Shown in pieces: positions 1 through 9,529 of a DNA stretch of 36,351 bases; within the stretch, counting starts at the first letter, position 1, and the number at the start of each line of letters is the position of its first letter. A model generated the notes under the pieces. It did no database searches, had not been told where the DNA came from, and saw nothing but the letters and a program-made list of their open reading frames with translations. The translations under genes and the position numbers were made by a program. This stretch comes from Candidatus Latescibacterota bacterium (GTDB lineage Bacteria; Bacteroidota; Bacteroidia; Flavobacteriales; Flavobacteriaceae). The DNA lies in NCBI GenBank assembly GCA_047615425.1, contig JBLHGH010000001.1, positions 1 to 36,351 of the forward strand, written 5' to 3'.

Positions 1-273
1 ATTTAAATCTCGGTCATAGTAGGCATTCCCTAGATTATACTTTGCAGTTTCGCTTTTAGGGTTTAATGCAATGGCCTTTCGATAATCTGCCTCTGCCACA
101 GGGAATTGGTCTTTCTGAAGGGAAACACCGGCATCACTCATCAAGCTCTGCGATGTGCGCATATCCTCTATTTTTTCTCTATCTACTTCTTGGGCGTATG
201 CGCTTCCGAAGAAAAGAAGCAGCAGCAACATATGCGCTTGCATACCAGTTTTTTCAGCAAAAAAGTATCGCAT
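1..273 (-). CDS. batC: BatC-like TPR protein, 5' part (runs off window start)
   Basis: ATG at 273, one nt after the batB stop; frame open to position 1. Translation MRYFFAEKTGMQAHMLLLLLFFGSAYAQ...AEADYRKAIALNPKSETAKYNLGNAYY gives a signal peptide plus TPR repeat, in the expected position after batB. Not in the ORF track. Confidence 0.8.
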   Translation of the reverse strand, partial: MRYFFAEKTGMQAHMLLLLLFFGSAYAQEVDREKIEDMRTSQSLMSDAGVSLQKDQFPVAEADYRKAIALNPKSETAKYNLGNAYYDRDLN

Positions 274-274
274 A

Positions 275-1315
275 TTATTTTCCTTTTTCATTAAACAAAT
301 TTAATTTATTCACCCAAGTGGTCTTTCGTTCTAACAAGAGCACGTCAACAAGCAACAAAAATAACGCCCCAGCTAAAAACCACTGAAACTGATCTTTAAA
401 ATCTGTGAATTGCTTAGCGTCGAACTCTTTTTTATCCATCCCATTTAAAATAGCTCGTACTGTTTCTACAACCTCTTTCGTGTTCATGCCGTCAATATAT
501 TGACCATTCGCTTCAGCCGCTATCTCTTTAAGTTTTTCATCATCCAAACGTGTAATAACCTGTTGATTATTTTGATCTCTTTTGTAATGTTGAAGAATTC
601 CGTTGCGCTTGATAGGGATTGGACCTCCTTTTTTCGTACCAACACCTATTGTAAAGATACGAATCCCAAGAGCTGCCGCTTCTTCAGCAATGGCGGAAGA
701 GTTGCCTTCATGATCTTCCCCATCTGAAACAATAAACAACACTCTATTGGTTTGTTCCTCGTCATCAAAATAGGTCTGTGCCATTTGTATAGCCTCATTA
801 ATTGCAGTTCCCTGCGAAGAAACCATATCCGTATTCATCCCGCTTAAAAACAGTTTTGTAGAGGAAAAATCCGTGGTAATTGGAACCTGCGGAAAAGCAC
901 TCCCAGCATATCCAATAATTCCAACCCTGTCTCCACCAAGGCTGTTAACAATTTGCGTAATAAGCTGCTTCGATTTATCCAGCCTATTTGGCGCAATATC
1001 TTCAGCGAGCATACTTTTAGACACGTCCAAAGCAAAAACCAAATCTACCCCTTCTCGTTTTACAGTCTCTAATTTAGTTCCAACTTTTGGGTTCACTAAA
1101 GCGAAACTCACGCATGCCAATGCAAGGCAAATAACCAGTACTTTCAAAACTGACTTAAATACAGATTTGTTCGGGCTTAGCTTTTTAATAAGCGCCGGAT
1201 TCGCGAATTTTCGTTGTGTTCTTTTTCTCCACAATAAAACTAGTAAGAATAGGACAATCAACACCGGAATGGTGAAGAGCAAATAAAAATATATGGGTTG
1301 TTCTAGTTGATACAT
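275..1315 (-). CDS. batB: BatB VWA domain membrane protein
   Basis: N-terminal BatA-type TM segment, MIDAS DVSKS, SDGED, C-terminal TM; follows batA. Confidence 0.9.
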   Translation of the reverse strand: MYQLEQPIYFYLLFTIPVLIVLFLLVLLWRKRTQRKFANPALIKKLSPNKSVFKSVLKVLVICLALACVSFALVNPKVGTKLETVKREGVDLVFALDVSKSMLAEDIAPNRLDKSKQLITQIVNSLGGDRVGIIGYAGSAFPQVPITTDFSSTKLFLSGMNTDMVSSQGTAINEAIQMAQTYFDDEEQTNRVLFIVSDGEDHEGNSSAIAEEAAALGIRIFTIGVGTKKGGPIPIKRNGILQHYKRDQNNQQVITRLDDEKLKEIAAEANGQYIDGMNTKEVVETVRAILNGMDKKEFDAKQFTDFKDQFQWFLAGALFLLLVDVLLLERKTTWVNKLNLFNEKGK

Positions 1316-1318
1316 TAC

Positions 1319-2323
1319 TTATACAAAACTTTTAAAAACCGTATAACGAAGCAGTAATTCAAACCCTAACAATCCTAATGCTAATAAGGCCCATGGTCTA
1401 AATTTCTCTTCGTAGTGGGTATATTTAAATTCTTCTATATCTGTTCTCTCAAGCTTATTAATCTCTTCATAAATCTCATTCAGTTTGGTTGTATTTGTTG
1501 CTCTAAAGTATTGTCCATTGGTGATTGCGGCAATTTTTTGCAATAGCTTTTCATCAATTTCTACTGGCATATTACCATATTGAAAACCACCATCTCTGCG
1601 GATTCCAATAGGAGACATTGCCATGCCATTAGTGCCCAAACCAATGGTATACACTTTGATCCCAAACTCTACCGCAAGTTCACTTGCTATCTTCGGATCA
1701 ATAAAGCCACTATTGTTAACGCCATCGGTAAGCAAAATAATTACTTTACTCTTTGCTCTACTCTCTTTGAGTCTATTCACAGCAGTAGCTAATCCCATGC
1801 CTATAGCGGTTCCACCTTCAATAATATTATTATACTTTATTCCTTTTAAAGACGACAACACAATGTTTTTATCACTCGTTAAGGGTGTCTTTGTATAACT
1901 TTCTCCAGCATACTCCACCAGACCAATTCTATCATTTGGCCGACTATTAATAAATCGGGCGGCAACTGTTTTCAAAGCTTCTAATCTATTAGGTTTTAAA
2001 TCTCGTGCAAGCATACTGGCAGAAACATCAATAGCCATTACAATGTCAATTCCTTTGGTCGTTTTAATTCGTGTAGATTCATCTACCGTTCTTGGTCGCG
2101 ATAATGCAATGATAAGCGCCGAGAGGGCTAAAACCCTCAATGCAAAAAGAAGTGGCTTTAATTTAGCTAACCAATTCTTCTTCGTTTTGAATCCCTTGAT
2201 ACTTGAAATCTGTAATTCAGCTGTTTGTTGCTTCCTTTTCCAAATGTACCATAGTACTAGTGCTGGAAGTAAAAGAAACAACCAGAAGAACTCAGGATTT
2301 ACAAATTCGAAATTTTCTAACAT
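1319..2323 (-). CDS. batA: BatA VWA domain membrane protein
   Basis: MIDAS DVSAS, PNRLEA, LLTDG, N- and C-terminal TM segments. Confidence 0.9.
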   Translation of the reverse strand: MLENFEFVNPEFFWLFLLLPALVLWYIWKRKQQTAELQISSIKGFKTKKNWLAKLKPLLFALRVLALSALIIALSRPRTVDESTRIKTTKGIDIVMAIDVSASMLARDLKPNRLEALKTVAARFINSRPNDRIGLVEYAGESYTKTPLTSDKNIVLSSLKGIKYNNIIEGGTAIGMGLATAVNRLKESRAKSKVIILLTDGVNNSGFIDPKIASELAVEFGIKVYTIGLGTNGMAMSPIGIRRDGGFQYGNMPVEIDEKLLQKIAAITNGQYFRATNTTKLNEIYEEINKLERTDIEEFKYTHYEEKFRPWALLALGLLGFELLLRYTVFKSFV

Positions 2324-3972
2324 TATTCTTCTCCTTCAGTTATTTCAAGTTCAATGGAACCAATAATTCGTGAAACTACATCATTAGCATAGGTATCTCC
2401 CTTCTTATTGGTAATTAAAATTTGCTGAAGTCCGGTTTTTTGACCAAAGATGATTACTTCATATTTCTGAAGGCCTTGACCTGTGTCTCCTGCTATTTTA
2501 AAATCACCAAATGCGCGTACACCTTCAATGCCTTTATCAGTGCTAAATGTGTCTTTTTTAACTACCATATTGGTGACTCCCATTTGTTCCATCCCAACAA
2601 GCACCTGTTCTAACACAGCGTCTAAGTCCACTTCAACAGGCTCCATAAACTCCATGGTTGTGACGGTTACATTAAAGTTTCCTAGCAGCCTTCCGTAGCT
2701 AAAGGTTTCATGACTTTTAAACTGTGATTTCATTTCTTCGGAAACTGCTTGCTCATTTCGCACAAGTACTTTAGGTGTTTCAATGATAACCGCTGGGTTT
2801 CCATATTCACTTTTAATCCATCGTCCTTCTGCTAATTCTTTGGTTGGATGCCCAATGATATTGTCCTTCAAAAATGACAATCCGTAGGTTGATATTAAAA
2901 CCACTATAGTAATAAGAATCACAACAAATCCTGTCACCATACCATATATGATGCGCTTCGTTCTTCGTTTTCTTTGCCGTTCTTCTAGATACAACTGATT
3001 CTGCATGAGTTCTTCCTCAGTTGGTTCTGGAATCGCTTCATGCGTGTCATTAATAATTGTTTCAATCGTGTTTCTGTCTGCTTCCGCCTGTCCAGATTGC
3101 TGATGCATCTTCGCGAACTTTACCAAATCTGCACGCTTTAAAATTTGATCTAAATGTGTAATGGTATCAGAGTCAAAATCAAAATGTCCAGCATCTTTAT
3201 GCAGCTGCAAACGTTCAATGAGCTCATCGCTTGTGCTTTCTAAGGCTGCGTCATCTACTTCCCTGTCCAGATATCTTTTTACAATTTCGGTGAGGGTTGA
3301 ATAATATTCTTTTGATTTATTTTCAATGAGTAAATTTGAACTATCCAAAACCTTTAATGCTGTAATAGCTTGCTCATAAGGGGGTAATTCCTTGTCTCTA
3401 ACCTCTTTTCTTTTCTTTCTTCGGAATAAAATATATGCAAGTACACCTAAAATAAGCAGTATGGGCAACACCCAAAAGAAGAGCTTACTGAAATCGAACG
3501 GTGGGCGCGTTACGGCCAAGACTTCCTTGATGTGAAACATCTTTTGCTTGGTGGTATCCACAACAATATCTTTTACTTCAATTTGAATAGAATCGGTTTC
3601 AAAAATTAAATCATTCACAAAAACCTTTTGCTTTGGAATTGTATAATAACCAGAATCAAATTGTGTGAGCCCGTATTTTTTTATGAGTTTGTATTTAGCC
3701 TTTTCATAAGTTGTATCAATCTTATAGGCATCGATCACTTCCAAGGGCAAGAAAGTCTGTCCTTCAGGAAAGACAACCATATCTGTGCTATCAGCCTGTA
3801 CTTCGATAGTATAGGTGATTTCTTCCCCGATTTTTATAGCTGTAGAATCAACAGCCCAAATAATTTGTGCTGATGTGATTTGAACCACAAAAAACAAAGC
3901 AATAACCATCATGCCTGAAACACGGAGTGTCAAGCTTGAGGTATGTCTTTTTTTATTTTTCAAATTAAACAT
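2323..3972 (-). CDS. Bat-operon membrane protein (BatD-like N-terminal Ig domain, two TM helices, C-terminal extracytoplasmic domain)
   Basis: Signal peptide, DSTAIKIGEEI, TM plus basic stop-transfer, LKRADLVKFAK motif, second TM; lies between DUF58 and batA. Confidence 0.7.
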   Translation of the reverse strand: MFNLKNKKRHTSSLTLRVSGMMVIALFFVVQITSAQIIWAVDSTAIKIGEEITYTIEVQADSTDMVVFPEGQTFLPLEVIDAYKIDTTYEKAKYKLIKKYGLTQFDSGYYTIPKQKVFVNDLIFETDSIQIEVKDIVVDTTKQKMFHIKEVLAVTRPPFDFSKLFFWVLPILLILGVLAYILFRRKKRKEVRDKELPPYEQAITALKVLDSSNLLIENKSKEYYSTLTEIVKRYLDREVDDAALESTSDELIERLQLHKDAGHFDFDSDTITHLDQILKRADLVKFAKMHQQSGQAEADRNTIETIINDTHEAIPEPTEEELMQNQLYLEERQRKRRTKRIIYGMVTGFVVILITIVVLISTYGLSFLKDNIIGHPTKELAEGRWIKSEYGNPAVIIETPKVLVRNEQAVSEEMKSQFKSHETFSYGRLLGNFNVTVTTMEFMEPVEVDLDAVLEQVLVGMEQMGVTNMVVKKDTFSTDKGIEGVRAFGDFKIAGDTGQGLQKYEVIIFGQKTGLQQILITNKKGDTYANDVVSRIIGSIELEITEGEE

Positions 3973-3976
3973 CTAT

Positions 3977-4843
3977 TTACCCGCGTCTTTTAAAATATCC
4001 CAATAATTTTTTCACATAACTTTCGTCCAATCTACAGCTTAATGCGCCTGCCCCACTTTTCAAAAATGCATCTTCAAAATAAGCAACACGTTCGCGATGA
4101 AACGCATGATAGGCAAGCCGAACTCCTTTTGAAGCTGTATTTACTAACATCTTTTCACCTGTTTCGGCATCTAGCATTTCTACCATCCCAATACTTGGCA
4201 TATGCTCTTCGTGTTTATCATAAACACGAATTCCTGTTACATCATGCTTCCGGGCAACAATTTTTATAGTGTCTTTATAGTCGTCTGTAATAAAATCTGA
4301 AAGCACAAAAACAATGGCCTTCTTCTTCATCACATTGGTCAAATACCGAAGCGCTTGTGCAAGATCAGTCTTTTTGCTTTTTGGCTGGAATTCAATTAAT
4401 TCTCGTATGATTCGTAGCACATGGGATTTTCCCTTTTTAGGAGGAATAAACAATTCTATTTCATCTGAAAACAGAATGAGTCCAATTTTATCATTGTTCT
4501 GCATGGCTGAAAATGACAAAGTTGCAGCAATTTCAGTAACTATTTCATTTTTAAATTGTGTGTCCGTTCCGAAGTACTCAGAACCACTAATATCAGCCAT
4601 CAGCATCATAGTAAGTTCCCGTTCTTCTTCAAAAACTTTCACAAATGGCTCACTATATCTAGCGGTTACATTCCAATCGATATTCCGAACATCATCGCCA
4701 AACTGATATTGGCGCACCTCGCTGAAGGTCATCCCGCGACCTTTAAAGGTACTATGATACTCGCCTCCAAAAACATGATCGCTTAAGCGTCGCGTTTTGA
4801 TTTCGATTTTCCGTACTTTTTTAAGAAGTTCTTTCGTATCCAT
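3977..4843 (-). CDS. DUF58 family MoxR-associated protein
   Basis: GMTFSEVRQYQFGDDVRNIDWNVTAR, VKVFEEERE, DISGS. Confidence 0.92.
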   Translation of the reverse strand: MDTKELLKKVRKIEIKTRRLSDHVFGGEYHSTFKGRGMTFSEVRQYQFGDDVRNIDWNVTARYSEPFVKVFEEERELTMMLMADISGSEYFGTDTQFKNEIVTEIAATLSFSAMQNNDKIGLILFSDEIELFIPPKKGKSHVLRIIRELIEFQPKSKKTDLAQALRYLTNVMKKKAIVFVLSDFITDDYKDTIKIVARKHDVTGIRVYDKHEEHMPSIGMVEMLDAETGEKMLVNTASKGVRLAYHAFHRERVAYFEDAFLKSGAGALSCRLDESYVKKLLGYFKRRG

Positions 4844-4935
4844 TCTTTATAGTAAGCAATGATTAGTTGGCAGTCTCGGACCGTATCTTTCTAGGCATAT
4901 TACTACCCAATGAATACGCAATCCCACCTACTAAA

Positions 4936-5940
4936 CTAGGGCACTTCGATCTCGTTTACAATCTTGTTAATGATTTCTTCGGAAGTGATATTCTCCGCCT
5001 CAGCTTCATAAGTAATTCCTATTCTGTGACGCAATACATCATGAACAATAGCGCGCACGTCTTCAGGGATTACATAGCCACGTCTTTTTATAAAGGCATA
5101 ACACTTAGCCGCCATCGCAAGGTTAATACTTCCCCTAGGCGAAGCTCCGTTGCTAATCAATGGTTTTAAATCGGCTAGGCCATAATTCTCTGGGTTTCTA
5201 GTTGCGAATATGATATCGAGAATGTATTTTTCGATTTTTTCGTCCATATACACCTCTCTCACTGCAGCTTGTGCTCGTTTAATTTGGTCTATAGTCACTA
5301 CTTGGTTAACCTGCTCATATGCGCCCTTTAAATTTTGACGAATAATCAATTGCTCCTCTGCCATTTGAGGGTAACTGATTACGGTTTTCAGCATAAAACG
5401 ATCCACCTGTGCTTCAGGAAGTGGATAGGTTCCTTCTTGTTCGATAGGGTTTTGTGTTGCCATAACCAAGAAAGGTCTATCCAGGATAAAAGTCTCATCA
5501 CCAATGGTGACCTGCTTTTCTTGCATGGCCTCAAGTAGGGCAGACTGGACCTTTGCCGGCGCACGATTGATCTCATCTGCCAAGACAAAGTTTGCGAAAA
5601 TAGGTCCTTTCTTAATGCTGAAATCGTTCAACTTCATATTGTAAATAAGCGTTCCAACAACATCCGCAGGTAATAAGTCTGGTGTAAACTGAACACGACT
5701 AAACGAACCGTGTACCGCTTTAGAAAGCGTATTAATGGCTAATGTTTTTGCCAGTCCAGGCACTCCTTCAAGCAGAATATGTCCTTGACCTAATAACCCA
5801 ATTAAGAGCCGTTCAACCATATGCTTTTGACCAATAATTACCTTATTGATTTCCATGGTAAGAATATCAACAAAGGCACTTTCCTTTTCAATTTTTTCGT
5901 TCAATGCGCCAATATCTAAGGCAGTCGTTGTTTGTTCCAT
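4936..5940 (-). CDS. moxR: MoxR family AAA+ ATPase
   Basis: Walker A GVPGLAKT, RVQFTPDLLPAD, Walker B LADEINRA, ATQNPIEQEGTYPLPEAQVDRF. Confidence 0.95.
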   Translation of the reverse strand: MEQTTTALDIGALNEKIEKESAFVDILTMEINKVIIGQKHMVERLLIGLLGQGHILLEGVPGLAKTLAINTLSKAVHGSFSRVQFTPDLLPADVVGTLIYNMKLNDFSIKKGPIFANFVLADEINRAPAKVQSALLEAMQEKQVTIGDETFILDRPFLVMATQNPIEQEGTYPLPEAQVDRFMLKTVISYPQMAEEQLIIRQNLKGAYEQVNQVVTIDQIKRAQAAVREVYMDEKIEKYILDIIFATRNPENYGLADLKPLISNGASPRGSINLAMAAKCYAFIKRRGYVIPEDVRAIVHDVLRHRIGITYEAEAENITSEEIINKIVNEIEVP

Positions 5941-6111
5941 AATTAGATTCTTTTCAATAAGTAAGCGTTCATTCTATCGACCACGCAAATTCTCATTTTA
6001 TTGCTACAATTGGTGTTAACAATTGGTTAAAAATATCCTTAAAAAAAAGAAGCCCATTTTAACAATTGAAATGCGTATTTTTAAGAATCATTTTGCTGAA
6101 AAATAAATTAC

Positions 6112-6873
6112 ATGACAACTAGAACAGCCCTTATTACAGGCGCTACCAGTGGAATTGGCCGCGCCACAGCCCGACTATTTGCCGAAAATGGCATCCGTTT
6201 AATTCTCTGCGGAAGGCGCCAGGAGCGTTTAGATGCCATTGCAAATGAACTAGCAACTAAAACGAAAGTGTGCACACTGCGCTTTGATGTGCGCGATAAG
6301 GCGATTGTTTTTTCCAAACTTCAGAACCTTCCTGATGGCTTTTCAGAGGTAGATATTCTTATTAATAATGCAGGAAATGCACATGGGCTTAATACCATTC
6401 AGGACGGAAATATTGATGATTGGGACGCCATGTTAGACATCAATGTTAAGGGGCTATTATATGTGAGCAAAGCATTACTTCCAAGTTTCATCGAAAAAAA
6501 GGCAGGGCATATTGTCCATATTGGATCCACAGCAGGCAAAGAAGTCTATCCAAAGGGTAACGTATACTGTGCGAGTAAATTCGCAGTAGACGCTATCAAT
6601 CAAGGCATGCGAATGGATCTCAATGGCTTAGGCATCAAAGTTAGCGCAGTGAACCCAGGCTTGGTTGCAACAGCGTTTAGTGAAGTACGTTTCAAAGGAG
6701 ATACTGCTCGTGCTGAAAAAGTATATCAGGGATATACTCCGTTACAGCCAGAAGATATCGCAGATGTTATTTGGTTCGCGGTCACGAGACCGCCCCATGT
6801 AAACATTGCAGATTTGACGGTGATGTGCCTAGATCAGGCCAGTAGCACGGTTATTAATAAAACCACCAAGTAA
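6112..6873 (+). CDS. Short-chain dehydrogenase/reductase (YdfG-like, NADP-dependent)
   Basis: TGATSGIG, NNAG, YCASK catalytic motif. Confidence 0.9.
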   Translation: MTTRTALITGATSGIGRATARLFAENGIRLILCGRRQERLDAIANELATKTKVCTLRFDVRDKAIVFSKLQNLPDGFSEVDILINNAGNAHGLNTIQDGNIDDWDAMLDINVKGLLYVSKALLPSFIEKKAGHIVHIGSTAGKEVYPKGNVYCASKFAVDAINQGMRMDLNGLGIKVSAVNPGLVATAFSEVRFKGDTARAEKVYQGYTPLQPEDIADVIWFAVTRPPHVNIADLTVMCLDQASSTVINKTTK

Positions 6874-6887
6874 GAGCGGCAATTTAC

Positions 6888-8021
6888 ATGATTAACAAAC
6901 GCCTGCTTATTAAAAATCTCTTAGCTCATAATGATGAGAGTAGCTTCTATGACAAAAAAAGAAAAATTGATCTTGGCAGTAAAGAAGGAAAAGCGAAGTT
7001 TTTAAAACATATTTGCGCCCTAAGTAATAGCAACCCTGCCAATAACAGCTTTATCGTTATTGGAGTGGAAGATGAAACTAATGAAATTCGTGGTGTTGAT
7101 TTTTTCGATGATAGCAAGCTTCAAAACCTTATAAATGCATATCTCACAAACGCACCGCTAATTACCTACGAAAATGTAGCCTTTCCAAACTTGCCAAATG
7201 ACAAGGTGGTTGGTCTGGTTACAATTCGTCCGAACGGCAAAATCACATCGCTTCGAAAAAACATCTGGAAATACTGGGGAGGCTCTATTTTCATGAGGGA
7301 TGGTAGTATCTCCATGCCGAAAAATTTCGATATTGAAATTAAGGATGTAAATTCAGAAATTGTCCAAGCAATCGAAAAAAAGGCTAAGAATAATATTGAA
7401 CTCACATTAGATGGTGTAATGGACTTTACGAATAGTAGGCACAAAGATTTGTTATCACATTACAAAGTTTTTAAGGAGTTATTTGTTGTTTGTTGGGCAG
7501 GACATACTAAAAAAGTAAAAGATGAAACCTATTATTCTCGTGTAGACATCGAGCTTATAAATGAGCAGGTGAGGCTGTTCTATTCTGCCTTAGATGAGGT
7601 AAGTATTTCCTATACCGAGGATAATTTTAAAATTACGGAATATGTTCTATTAGGCTTAAATAATCAAAATAGCTACTTTCCACTTGAGGAAGTGATAATC
7701 ACATTTAAGGAAAATGGCTTTTATAATATTGACACCAATTTATTGTTCGAACCACCTCTGTATAATAAAAAAACCTTGCATCATATCTACAACGCAAATA
7801 ATGCCTTAGTTGAAAAACTAAAGAAAAATATCGCTTTAAATTCCTCTGAAGAAAAAGACATAAGAAATTTACCCGCAACCTATCTCATTTGCTTTCTAAA
7901 TGACTTTGCGGAAGCCAAAACACAATTACTCGAGGCAAAGCCTTATCTTAAAAAATACCCCGCCGTCTACGAATCTTTCAAAGAATCTATTCGCATCCTA
8001 AGGAAAGTAAAATACAACTAA
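6888..8021 (+). CDS. Schlafen/AlbA_2-like domain protein with uncharacterised C-terminal region
   Basis: N-terminal ESSFYDKK, KHICALSNS and FIVIGVEDET resemble the AlbA_2 pattern. Confidence 0.65.
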   Translation: MINKRLLIKNLLAHNDESSFYDKKRKIDLGSKEGKAKFLKHICALSNSNPANNSFIVIGVEDETNEIRGVDFFDDSKLQNLINAYLTNAPLITYENVAFPNLPNDKVVGLVTIRPNGKITSLRKNIWKYWGGSIFMRDGSISMPKNFDIEIKDVNSEIVQAIEKKAKNNIELTLDGVMDFTNSRHKDLLSHYKVFKELFVVCWAGHTKKVKDETYYSRVDIELINEQVRLFYSALDEVSISYTEDNFKITEYVLLGLNNQNSYFPLEEVIITFKENGFYNIDTNLLFEPPLYNKKTLHHIYNANNALVEKLKKNIALNSSEEKDIRNLPATYLICFLNDFAEAKTQLLEAKPYLKKYPAVYESFKESIRILRKVKYN

Positions 8022-8128
8022 TAAGGATTAAAAGACCCCTAATAGAACACGGTGTAAATATCAATATACACAAAGAAGTAGCGACTTACTTTGAATTGAA
8101 AATAGGAAAGACATTTCAATGTAATTAA

Positions 8129-8160
8129 CCCGATTTCATAAACTGAAATCGGGCTGTTTT
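8129..8160 (+). terminator. Probable intrinsic terminator
   Basis: CCCGATTTCA-TAAAC-TGAAATCGGG 10-bp stem followed by CTGTTTT. Confidence 0.65.
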
Positions 8161-8346
8161 ATTCCTAACTTTTAGTACCTTTAAAGTTGTTATTTTTGAA
8201 ATAAACCATCACAGTCATCTTAAATAAAATAAAAGCAAAATTACGTCACGAGTTTATAGACATCATAGAATGGCAAAACAGCAGGTTTCTTTTCTTGACC
8301 CTCAACATATTGAGTCTCTTAATAATCATTGGCTATTTCTTGTAAG

Positions 8347-9072
8347 ATGAAAACATTCGTTATTGGTGATATCCATGGAGGACTCAAAGCGCTAAAACAA
8401 GTGCTTAATCAGGCAGTAGTGACACCGCAAGATAAACTCATCTTTATTGGAGATTATGTAGATGGCTGGAGTGAATCTGCTCAAACCATTTCGTTTTTAC
8501 TCAATCTTTCGGAAACACACCGCTGCATCTTTTTACGTGGCAACCATGAAGAGTTACTCTACAATCATCTTAAGAAAAAAGAGGGTACCGAGATGTGGCT
8601 AAGACATGGTGGATTGGCAACTGTGAAGAGTTACGCGCAGTTTACTTCGGAAGAAATTGATCGCCATATTTTATTTTTAGAAAATATGAAAGATTTTCAT
8701 ATAGACGAAGCGAACCGCTGTTTTGTCCATGCCGGCTTCACAAATACGAAAGGCCCAGTTTTTGAATACTTCCCAAACTATGTGTCTTGGGACCGAACAC
8801 TATGGGAAACAGCCTGCAGTTTAGACATCAATATTTCCAAAGAAAGTCTGATTTATCCAGAAAGACTCAAGTTATTTTCAGAAATATATATCGGGCACAC
8901 ACCAACAACAAGGATTGGTAAAAACACGCCAACGAATTTTGCAAATGTGTGGAATGTTGACACGGGCGCAGCATTTAAAGGCAAACTTTCTATAATGGAT
9001 ATTGATTCTAAGGAGTTTTGGCAAAGTGATCCTGTTTGGGAACACTATCCAGATGAAAAGGGAAGAAATTAA
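8347..9072 (+). CDS. Calcineurin-like metallophosphoesterase (Ser/Thr phosphatase/ApaH-like)
   Basis: GDIHG, GDYVD, RGNHE, HAG, GHTP, VDTG motifs; ATG at 8347 preferred over TTG at 8329. Confidence 0.88.
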   Translation: MKTFVIGDIHGGLKALKQVLNQAVVTPQDKLIFIGDYVDGWSESAQTISFLLNLSETHRCIFLRGNHEELLYNHLKKKEGTEMWLRHGGLATVKSYAQFTSEEIDRHILFLENMKDFHIDEANRCFVHAGFTNTKGPVFEYFPNYVSWDRTLWETACSLDINISKESLIYPERLKLFSEIYIGHTPTTRIGKNTPTNFANVWNVDTGAAFKGKLSIMDIDSKEFWQSDPVWEHYPDEKGRN

Positions 9073-9440
9073 ATAGCTTGAAGTTCTATTTCAATCACTT
9101 TTGGAATTACGTGACATTCGTCTTCTGTGAGTTCTACAGAAATAACGCCAATAGCCTCAGAAGTGTAATCCGCGGCCACCACAATAATTTGGTAATTTCC
9201 TGGACGTTCTCCTGCACCTATAAAGTTGGCGTCAATCAAAGTCAATACCTCTAAATAGCTTCCTTCTTCAGCTGTTACAATTACATCTGAAGTTAATACT
9301 TCGCCACTCCCAGCGTCAGTAACGGTTACGTTGAGCCCATAGACGAAAATATCTGTACAATCAATCCCGCGATCGTCATTCCCGCAAGAAAAATAACATA
9401 TAAAAAAGACTGTAAAGCATATGTTATATACAAATTTCAT
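9069..9440 (-). CDS. Small acidic lipoprotein with carboxypeptidase-regulatory-like beta-sandwich
   Basis: Lipobox FSC, VTVTDA...ERPGNYQIIV; stop overlaps the convergent phosphoesterase stop by 4 nt. Confidence 0.65.
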   Translation of the reverse strand: MKFVYNICFTVFFICYFSCGNDDRGIDCTDIFVYGLNVTVTDAGSGEVLTSDVIVTAEEGSYLEVLTLIDANFIGAGERPGNYQIIVVAADYTSEAIGVISVELTEDECHVIPKVIEIELQAI

Positions 9441-9467
9441 CGTTCCAATATTAATAAGGGTTAATCG

Positions 9468-9506
9468 AAAAAAAACCCGTTCAAAATCTAGTTTTGAACG
9501 GGTTTT
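9468..9506 (-). terminator. Intrinsic terminator of the aldehyde dehydrogenase gene
   Basis: 15-bp inverted repeat AAAACCCGTTCAAAA-TCTAG-TTTTGAACGGGTTTT with an 8-nt T run on the minus strand. Confidence 0.85.
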
Positions 9507-9529
9507 CAGTGCTAATGTGATAAATTATA

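Noticed and set aside
1-273. Possible frameshift in batC
   Set aside because: Codon-by-codon reading shows ATG 273 is in frame with the TPR motif down to position 1
66-5588. Many short plus-strand and alternate-frame ORFs over the bat operon (and similar ones across the window)
   Set aside because: They are antisense or out-of-frame shadows of well-supported genes and have no motifs
275-5940. MoxR-VWA cluster as a novel or defence system
   Set aside because: It matches the known Bacteroidota bat operon order
8329-8346. Upstream TTG starts in the ORF track (also 12424 and 13786)
   Set aside because: Downstream ATGs fit family N-termini, signal peptides and promoter positions better
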